Below are positions 41,045 to 48,720 of a stretch of 64,000 nucleotides of DNA, piece after piece. Position 1 is the first letter of the stretch, and every line of letters starts with the position of its first letter. The notes beneath the pieces are model-generated. The model did no database searches and was not told the origin of the DNA. It saw only the letters and a list, made by a program, of their open reading frames with translations. A program made the translations under genes and the position numbers. This DNA is from Alphaproteobacteria bacterium (GTDB lineage Bacteria; Pseudomonadota; Alphaproteobacteria; JAAXGF01), in NCBI GenBank assembly GCA_963555825.3, contig CAUVXB020000001.1:96001-160000 (forward strand), in the 5' to 3' direction.

Positions 41045-41608
41045 GCCTATGACAATATCGACCCCATCCAATTATGGAATGCCAGTGGGCGGACGAAAAT
41101 CCAGGGTCTTATCCGACGAGGGCTGGTCAGTGGTACGGTGGCTTGGCAGCCAACGCAAAATGTATGCCCAGACGGCACGCCGAGCCATGGCGATTTAAAT
41201 AAGGATTCAGATGACGGTAGCCCCGGTATCGGTCGATGGAAAGGGTTGAATAAGCACGGGCTCGCATTCGAATTGGCTATGTGCTCTTCGGAATTATTTC
41301 TGAAAGATGCGTTTAACAGGTGGCCGCTTCTTGTCGAAATTTGCAAGCGGGGCGTCATTTACAGGGTATACTCTGATAGGCGGGTCCCTTAATTATCGGG
41401 TTGGGCGGTAACTGCGCTGCATCCAACGCAACGCAAGATAATCGAGGCTTGGCGGCGTGGCAGGTTCGATGCGCGGGAATCAGTGAATTCGGGGACAGTG
41501 TAGACGTCCAACGCGAGGTTCGTGTGGGTCGCTGGGCGACCACACTTGGACGACGGAGACATATTCAACCCCAGGCGGATAGGCTCCACGATTGGGGTCG
41601 TTGTGTTA

Positions 41609-42783
41609 TACCAGTGAGCGCCTGAATTGACTCTCGGGATATTCATTGATGGCGGATGATGGCGGATTGTGATTCTATGGTCTCCCACCAGATGTGGGGG
41701 ATGTCATGGGATCAGCACTCAAGATACGGGATGATTTGACGCCTTTGGAGCTTCGGCGCTGGGCTCGCGTGGAATCGTACGGTCGAGCGGCGGCGCGGGC
41801 CTATGGGATCGCGAATGCTTTGGAGGAGATGCCCCGGGCTGATGCCGCGCGGCTTGCGGGGATGGATCGCCAAACGCTTCGCGACGCGGTTGTTCGTTAC
41901 AATGCAAAGGGATTGGAGGGGCTTCACGACCGTCCAAAGGGCTACTCGCCGCGGCGGCTGACGGCAGACGAGGAAGCGGCGCTGGCGGCGGTCATCATCG
42001 CCGGGCCGGAGCCTGAGCGCGACGGGGTTTGCGCCTGGACCCGGGCCGATCTGTGCCGCTGGCTGGAGGAGCGCTTCGCCAAGACCTACCACCCCTCGAG
42101 CATGACCCGGGTTCTACGGCGGATGGGATTTTCCCGCCAGAAGGCGCGCCCGAGCCACCCGCGAAGGGACGCCGAAGCGCAGGAGCGCTTCAAAAAAGGG
42201 GGCTTCGCGACATCCTGAAGGCGACCGCCGCGGCGCATCCCGACAAGCGCCTACAGCTGTGGTTTCAGGATGAAGCGCGCGTCGGCAACAAGGGCCGGGT
42301 GTGTCACCGGTGGTGGCGCAGGGGCGAGCGTGCCCCCGGGACGCGTCAAATCGGCTACCAGTGGGCCTACATCTTCTCCGCCGTGCGCCCGGACACCGGC
42401 GACGACGTCACCCTGGTGATGCCGAGCGTCAACGCCAAGGTCATGGACCTGTTTCTCGCACACTTCGCCGATACCCTGGACCAGGATGCGCACGCCGTCA
42501 TGATGTGCGACGGCGCCGGTTGGCACGACGAGCGCGCCCTCACCGTCCCCGACAACGTCACCTTGGCGCTGTTGCCGCCTTACAGTCCCGAACTCAACCC
42601 CGTCGAGCGGGTTTGGCTCTACCTACGCGAACGCTTCCTATCGCTCCGCGTCCTCGACGACACCGAGGCCATCATCGACGCCTGTTGCCAAGCATGGATC
42701 GACCTCATCGCAGAACCGGATCGTATGCGAACCCTCTGCGCCTATCCATGGATCATGAAGGTGATTTCATAGGCTCACTGGTA
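41609..42783 (+). mobile_element. IS630-family element with frameshifted transposase (41706-42772)
   Basis: TTA|TACCAGTGAGC...GCTCACTGGTA|TTA; slippery AAAAAAGGGGG at ~42192; FQDEAR, DGAGWH, PYSPELNPVE. Confidence 0.93.
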
Positions 42784-42791
42784 TTAGTCGG

Positions 42792-42970
42792 CTACGTGTG
42801 GACGGCCCTGGATTGGCAAGATTTGTTTTGACCGTGATGCAAGTTGGACGGGTGAGGCTATGTGTTCGGCCTGTATGTGCGATACGACGATCGCTGTCCC
42901 AAATGCGATCTGCGAATTGGATCCCAACTACAAGCACGTGCTCGGGGCACTCTAGCGACCACATCGGCAG
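42792..42970 (-). other. Possible orphan non-coding end of an IS110/IS1111-type element
   Basis: CTACGTGTGGACGGCCC...TTGGCAAG...ATGTGTTCGGCCTG resembles, from recall, alphaproteobacterial IS1111-group right ends; no transposase nearby. Confidence 0.4.
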
Positions 42971-43490
42971 CGAGTATGGCTGCGAGGCGATGCTCCATCC
43001 AGGAACCTCCGTGAGCGCCGAGGTTAGCGAAGACCAGGGAAAAAATATGCGCGAGGAATATTGTCGGGGTGTCGGGTAATGGCTGAGGCTGCTCAAATAC
43101 TAATATGATGGCCCGAATTCGTGGTGGTCTCGAAATCCGTACAAATTGAAATTGAATGAAATCAATGTCATTGGAAAATACCGATTTCGGAAGATTTGCC
43201 GATTCAGGCTCAAAATCGATGATTCGGGAGTTTTTTAACAACTTCGGCTATTGGCTAACATCCGGCAAGTGACACTGCAAACCCCTTCTTTGCTTGGAAT
43301 GAGAAGTAGCCTAGCCGAGGTTGCGGTATCGGCGTTTCCCGTCCACTCGAAATCGGACGTTGAGAACGAGTTTGCTCAATTTGTCCGGATGCCCAGTTGC
43401 TGCCAATGATTCGCGAAACATCCTGTGGGATGCGATTTCGATATCTAGCCGGGCGTGTCGAGACAAGGCGACGCACAGAGCCGTGGCAGG

Positions 43491-43572
43491 CGGACGGGTG
43501 CGGACGGCGGCGGACGGCACCGCGAATTTACGTAAGCCTTTGATATTGCTTTCTGACGGACGGCGCGGACGG
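43491..43572. repeat. Five CGGACGG heptamers around an AT-rich core
   Basis: Copies at 43491, 43501, 43511, 43557 and 43566. Confidence 0.7.
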
Positions 43573-43718
43573 CAGATTATTTCTAGAGTCCTGAAGGGTG
43601 TGTGGATGTTTAGGGGGGTCGGGGGCCGGATTGCGTTCAGTTGCTTACCCTATGCTTACCTGGCTGGCCAGTGTTATATAGGCGGATTGGCGCAGTGCCG
43701 CTAAATCGTTGAAAAGAT

Positions 43719-43805
43719 TGGTGCCCGCGGAGGGAGTCGAACCCCCAACCCCTTGCGGGGAACGGATTTTAAGTCCGTCGTGTCTACCAGTTCCACCACG
43801 CGGGC
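43719..43805 (-). tRNA. tRNA-Leu(TAA)
   Basis: Reverse complement GCCCGCG...ACGGA-CTTAAAA-TCCGT, long variable arm, GGTTCGACT, CGCGGGC-A-CCA. Confidence 0.97.
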
Positions 43806-43845
43806 GTGGCCGCCGAGTTTAGCACGTTGCCAATCTGAACGCGTC

Positions 43846-44607
43846 TCAGGTCTTTGCGTCCTCGATGTAGGGGTTGCCGCCGAGCGCGGCTAACGCCGCA
43901 ACCAAATCGCTCGCCGCGGCGTCGAGTTGCGTCCCGTCGGTGCCGCGCAGCACCAGTTTCACGCCGAAGCTGCCCGAGTGGTAATAGGGATAGCTGCCGA
44001 TCGTGACGCCGTCGAAGCGGTCCTGGACTTGCGTTAGCGTCTCGGCGATGGTGCCTTCGCCGAGATCGACGGCGACCGAGCGTTCGCCGAGCGGCGCGCC
44101 GCCGGTCAGCAGATGGGTCATGCCGTCGAACATGGCCTGCATGATCTTGGGCACGCCGGCGAAGACGAAGACGTTCTCGAGGCGGAAGCCGGGCGCGCCG
44201 GAGACCGGGTTCTCGATCAGGCTGGCATGCTCGGGCGTATCGGCCATCGAGAGCCGCGCCTCGTTGACCTCGAGACCGCTGCGCGAATAGGACGCCAGCA
44301 GAATCTCGACGGCTTCGGGGTTGCGGATCAACTTCTGGCCGAACGCCTTTGCGATCGACGCGGCGGTGATGTCGTCGTGGGTCGGGCCGATGCCGCCCGT
44401 GGTGAAGACGTAATCGAAGGCGGCGCGGCACGCGTTGACCGCGTCGACGATGGCGTCCTCGTCGTCGGCCACGACGCGCACCTCGTTCAGCCGGACGCCC
44501 AACTCGTTCAGGCGCCTGCCGAGAAAGGCGAGGTTGGCGTCGCGCGTACGGCCCGAGAGAATCTCGTCGCCGATGATGATCAGCGCGGCGGTGACGGTGC
44601 GTGACAT
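43846..44607 (-). CDS. Molybdopterin-binding CinA-like protein
   Basis: IIGDEILSGRTRDAN, TTGGIGPTHDDIT, IGSYP. Confidence 0.92.
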   Translation of the reverse strand: MSRTVTAALIIIGDEILSGRTRDANLAFLGRRLNELGVRLNEVRVVADDEDAIVDAVNACRAAFDYVFTTGGIGPTHDDITAASIAKAFGQKLIRNPEAVEILLASYSRSGLEVNEARLSMADTPEHASLIENPVSGAPGFRLENVFVFAGVPKIMQAMFDGMTHLLTGGAPLGERSVAVDLGEGTIAETLTQVQDRFDGVTIGSYPYYHSGSFGVKLVLRGTDGTQLDAAASDLVAALAALGGNPYIEDAKT

Positions 44608-44650
44608 GGTCCCTCGATCACGGTCGGTGGTGGATGATAGCGTAAGTTAC

Positions 44651-44829
44651 GGTCACCTTCACTTCGTGAAGATGACCTGCGCTCAATCGCCGCGCATGCC
44701 AATCTTTATCCCACAAGGTCATTCTTTATCCCACAAGGACTGGCCGAACGGTCGGCGGCCCCCCTCTTGTCCCAATAGGATTGGCGCGGGCTGGCAGAAG
44801 CCGACTGAGATCAATCGGCCGGATCATGC
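44651..44829 (-). repeat. Four-hairpin intergenic repeat, family A, copy 4 (expanded variant)
   Basis: GGTCACCTTCAC/GTGAAGATGACC then TGCGCTCAATCGCCGCGCATGC as in copy 2; contains a 2x20-bp tandem insert. Confidence 0.8.
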
Positions 44830-44851
44830 AATAACGCGAGCGCGCTACGGC

Positions 44852-46342
44852 TCAATCGACTTCGTCGACGCGGAACAGGTTGTAGAGCGCGCGCCGCCGC
44901 TCGTCGAGCGCGCGGTTGAACAGCTTGTTGACTGTTGTCTCGGGCCGCGCCTGCCACTCGGCGCTGGCGCGTCCGAGCGCGTCGTCGAGCATCCATTTGT
45001 GGTCGAAGCGTTGGCCGACGAGTGTCGCGACCGCCGCGCGCTGGCCCTCGGTCAGTGAACCCTTGCCGAGTTGGGCGAGCGTGGCGACATCGATCTCCAG
45101 CCGGTCGATCTCGGCGAGGCGGACGAGATCGTCGCGCTGATCGCCCGTTATACCGGTCACCTCGGCGAGCGCGTCGGTGAAGCGCGCGGCCGAGGCGAAG
45201 CGTCGGCCGGTCAGGCCGCCGAGCCTCGCGGTGTCGATCCCCTGCGTCGCGGCGCGCGCCAGCACCGGCGCCGAGATCTCGTACGCGACCGGACGGAAGA
45301 CCTGTTGGTTGAACACGTTCTGCAGGAAGAACAGGGCGACGAAGCACATCACGCCGGCGATCAACGGCGTCGCCGCCCAGCCCGCCGCGATGCCGCCTAG
45401 CAGGCGATAGTTGATGCCACGGCCGCCCTTCATGAGCCCGATGCCGATGACCGCGCCGATCACCGCCTGCGAGCTGGAGACCGGCACCAGCGGGATGGTC
45501 GGCAGCCCGCCGCGCGCCAGCAGGTGCTCGATCCCCTGCGAGGCGAACAGGAACAGCACGATCGAATGCGACACGACGACGACGAAGGCGGCAACCGGCG
45601 AGAGCGGCGCGAGGTCGCGACCGACGGTCAGCATGACGCGCTTCGAATAGGTGAAGACGCCGACGGCGATGGCGATGCCGCCCAACAGGAAAAGCTGATG
45701 CGCCGAGGATATCGCGAACAGGTCGCCGACGCTGAACGCGGTGAACGGCGAGACCGGCACGAAGACGCCCATCACGTTGGCGATGTTGTTGGCGCCCAGA
45801 CTGTACGCGCCAAAGGCGCCGGCCAGGATCAGCCCGGTGCGGGTATAGGCGTCGACGCGCAGTAGATGAAGCTTGGCGACGCGCAGGGCGCCGGTAACGA
45901 CGCGATAGAGGCCGGCGCCGATGACCCCGGCGAGGACCGGGCAGATCACCCAGGTCGCCATCAGGGTGATCAGGGTGCCGGCGTCGGTCAGCGATTCCGA
46001 GAACAGGTTCCAGCCGACGATGGCGCCGACGATGGCCTGCGTCGTCGAGACCGGCAGGCTCGCCTTGGTCATCAGATAGACCGTCAGCGCCGCGGCGAGC
46101 GCGACCATGAAGGCACCCGGCATGATATTGATCGAGCCGAGTTTGCCCAGCGTGTGCGCCGCGCCGCCGCCCGAAATGACGGCGCCGAGGATGACGAAGA
46201 CGCTGCAGATCAACGCCGCGGTGGTGAAGCGCACCATGCGCGTGCCGACCGCGGTGCCGAACACGTTGGCCGCGTCGTTGGCGCCCAGCGACCAACCGAG
46301 GAACAGCCCGCTCGACAGGAAAACGAGGATCGCGACGTCCAT
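44852..46342 (-). CDS. PiT-family inorganic phosphate transporter with C-terminal extension
   Basis: GANDAAN and GANNIAN signatures, PVSTTQ, PVSSSQ. Confidence 0.92.
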   Translation of the reverse strand: MDVAILVFLSSGLFLGWSLGANDAANVFGTAVGTRMVRFTTAALICSVFVILGAVISGGGAAHTLGKLGSINIMPGAFMVALAAALTVYLMTKASLPVSTTQAIVGAIVGWNLFSESLTDAGTLITLMATWVICPVLAGVIGAGLYRVVTGALRVAKLHLLRVDAYTRTGLILAGAFGAYSLGANNIANVMGVFVPVSPFTAFSVGDLFAISSAHQLFLLGGIAIAVGVFTYSKRVMLTVGRDLAPLSPVAAFVVVVSHSIVLFLFASQGIEHLLARGGLPTIPLVPVSSSQAVIGAVIGIGLMKGGRGINYRLLGGIAAGWAATPLIAGVMCFVALFFLQNVFNQQVFRPVAYEISAPVLARAATQGIDTARLGGLTGRRFASAARFTDALAEVTGITGDQRDDLVRLAEIDRLEIDVATLAQLGKGSLTEGQRAAVATLVGQRFDHKWMLDDALGRASAEWQARPETTVNKLFNRALDERRRALYNLFRVDEVD

Positions 46343-46364
46343 GGTGAGAATTCCGGGCTGGCGC

Positions 46365-47015
46365 TCAGGTCGAGCGCTTGATGGCGTAAATCGCCAGCCG
46401 GTCGGCGACGTCCTCGGCGGTGTCGGCGATGTTGTCGATATGCTCGACGAAATTTCGCAGCTGTGCCTTGCGCGCGAGTTCGAGATCGCCGGCGAAGATC
46501 GCCATCTTGAGGCGGGTCGAGATCTTGTCGCCCTCCTTCTCGTAGAACAATACCTTGTGCATATGGTCCGAGACCGACTCGGCGTCGCGGAAAAAGGCGC
46601 GCGCCGCCATGACGAGCTGTTCGACGGCAGCCACCGCGCTGTCCACGAGGTTGTTGTATCCGGCGTGGAATTCGGCCGGGATTTCTGGTTTCTCGATGGC
46701 GAACTGCCACATCGGGCCTTCGCATTTGTTGAGGATCTGGTCCATGTTCTCCAGGAGCCCCAGCACGTCGCCGCGCGATTCGGGAATAAGCGTCTGGGCG
46801 TAAAGCTTGCGCTCGATCTGGCGACGCAGCGTATCGCCCCGGCTCTCGATCTCGTTGACTTGCTTGAGCTTATCCTCGAAGGCGGCGGTATCGCCGTCGA
46901 GGTAGTTGCCGATGCCCAGCTTGAACGTCAGCGCGCCGTCGCCGACCTTGTCGAAGAACTCGTCGATCTGACCCTCGAGCTCGCGCGTCTTGCTGAAGAT
47001 TGCCGTTCGTTTCAT
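46365..47015 (-). CDS. DUF47 (PhoU-like) Pit accessory protein
   Basis: ESRGD and EKEGD repeats, IADTAEDVAD; directly upstream of PiT. Confidence 0.9.
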   Translation of the reverse strand: MKRTAIFSKTRELEGQIDEFFDKVGDGALTFKLGIGNYLDGDTAAFEDKLKQVNEIESRGDTLRRQIERKLYAQTLIPESRGDVLGLLENMDQILNKCEGPMWQFAIEKPEIPAEFHAGYNNLVDSAVAAVEQLVMAARAFFRDAESVSDHMHKVLFYEKEGDKISTRLKMAIFAGDLELARKAQLRNFVEHIDNIADTAEDVADRLAIYAIKRST

Positions 47016-47036
47016 GACCACTCCTTTCGCGCTATT

Positions 47037-48431
47037 CTACACCGTGGCCTGCGTTTCGGCGAGGCAGGCCTCGAGAATGTCGAGCGCGGCGTCCATCTCG
47101 TCCCGGGTGATGACCAGGGGCGGCGTCAGCGTCAGCACGTTGCCCATCGAGAGCTTGAAGTTGAGCCCGCGCGACAGTGAATTGTAGAGCACCGACTCGG
47201 CGGCGTCGTAGGCCGGCGTCTTGGCCGCGCGGTCGCTGACCAGCTCGATACCGATCAAGAGCCCCTTGCCGCGCACATCGCCGATCAGTGGGTAGCGCGC
47301 GCGCATGTCGGCGAGACGCGCGCGAGCATACGCCCCGACCTCGCTAGCGTTCTCGACCAGGCCCTCGTCCTCGATGATCTCGATCGTGGTCAGCGCCGCG
47401 CGCGCCAGCACGGGGTTCTTCTCGTGGGTGTAGTGGCCGATCGCGTAGTCGTTTGCAACGTCGAGCTCGGGCCGCGCGATAACCGCGGCGACCGGCACGA
47501 CGCCGCCGCCGAGCGACTTGCCGGTGACCAGGATGTCGGGCGCGACGTCGAAATGCTCGCACGAGAACATGCGCCCGGTCTTGCCGAGACCGGTCGGGAT
47601 CTCGTCGAAGATCAGCAGCGCACCGTGATCGTCGCAGGCCTTGCGCACCTCTTGCCAGAAGCCCGGCGGCGGCACGTAGGGCACCGCGCGCATCGGCTCG
47701 GCGACCACCGCCGCGACGTCGCCCTCCTTCTCGAGCACGTAGCGCACGAAGCTCGCGCAGGTCATGCGGCAGGTCTCGAGATCGGGCTGGCCGTCGATGT
47801 CGGCGTAGCCGTATGGGCAGCGGTAGCAGGTATACGGCGCGACATGCTCGGCGCCGGGCAGCAGCGGGCCGATCGGACCGGAGTGAAAGATCGCCTCGCC
47901 GCCGACGCTGGCGCCGCCGAATCCGGCGCCGTGGAACGAGTCCCAGAACGAGACGGTCTTGAAGCGCCCGGTCGCGAAGCGCGCGATCTTGAGCGCGATG
48001 TCGATGGCGTCCGAGCCCGACGGCGCGAACAGCACCTTCTCGAGCGGCGCCGGCGTGATATCGATCAGCTTGCGCGCCAGCGCCAAGGCGGGCTCGGCCG
48101 TGAAGCGGCGCGGCGCGAATGGCAGCGTGTCGAGCTGGTCCTTGATGGCGGCGATCAGGCGCGGGTGGCCATAGCCGATGTGGTGCACGCTGTTGCCGTG
48201 GAAGTCCATGTAACGCCGGCCCGAGGCGTCCTCGATCCAGATACCCTCGGCCTTGACCACGGCGTCGAGGCAGGGCGACGACAGCGACTGGCCGAAGAAC
48301 AGCCGCGCGTCCTCCTCGACCAGGGCGCGCGACGCCGGGTCGAGTTGGGCATTCGCCCAGGCGCGTCGTTCGGGCGAGCGATTGCTCTCGCCCTCGAGGC
48401 GGCCCAGGTTGGTTGCCGTCGATCGCGTCAT
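47037..48431 (-). CDS. pbfA: Class III PLP enzyme, (R)-1-hydroxy-2-aminoethylphosphonate ammonia-lyase-like
   Basis: EGESNRSPERRAW, QSLSSPCL, MDFHGNSVH, WDSFHGA, GHYTHEKNP match my recollection of the PbfA subfamily. Confidence 0.7.
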   Translation of the reverse strand: MTRSTATNLGRLEGESNRSPERRAWANAQLDPASRALVEEDARLFFGQSLSSPCLDAVVKAEGIWIEDASGRRYMDFHGNSVHHIGYGHPRLIAAIKDQLDTLPFAPRRFTAEPALALARKLIDITPAPLEKVLFAPSGSDAIDIALKIARFATGRFKTVSFWDSFHGAGFGGASVGGEAIFHSGPIGPLLPGAEHVAPYTCYRCPYGYADIDGQPDLETCRMTCASFVRYVLEKEGDVAAVVAEPMRAVPYVPPPGFWQEVRKACDDHGALLIFDEIPTGLGKTGRMFSCEHFDVAPDILVTGKSLGGGVVPVAAVIARPELDVANDYAIGHYTHEKNPVLARAALTTIEIIEDEGLVENASEVGAYARARLADMRARYPLIGDVRGKGLLIGIELVSDRAAKTPAYDAAESVLYNSLSRGLNFKLSMGNVLTLTPPLVITRDEMDAALDILEACLAETQATV

Positions 48432-48720
48432 CGCAATTTTACCCCCGCGCCCCGGCTGCCGAACGAGGTTCGCGCCACGGGGCGCCGCTATCGCCTTTGT
48501 GGCGACCCGTCGATGATGTGTTTGGGCGCGCATCGGCACCGTTGGTTGAGGATCGCCGACAATTGCGCCATAAGCAAATTAGAATTATCTGAAATCACTA
48601 TTAAGCGTACTTATGATCCAAAATTTCCATGACTTGCGGGCCACGCTGGCACGACTCGCCGCCCGCTAGTGTTTCGCACCGGGTTGCGCTACACTTTCGG
48701 GATAAATGGGGGATCGCGCC

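Larger units (their letters stand above)
36717..41392 (+). pseudogene. Secreted HET-C/VWA7-like protein gene split by IS insertions (pieces 36717-36885, 37820-38235, 41054-41392; 307 aa reconstructed)
   Basis: Removing both elements plus one duplication each restores one open frame with signal peptide, HFDN, LGQVLHAVQDFYAHSNY and PSHGDLNKD. Confidence 0.85.

Noticed and set aside
44701-44740. TTATCCCACA repeats as DnaA boxes or a mini-CRISPR
   Set aside because: One base longer than TTATCCACA, only two copies, no spacers, no cas or oriC context
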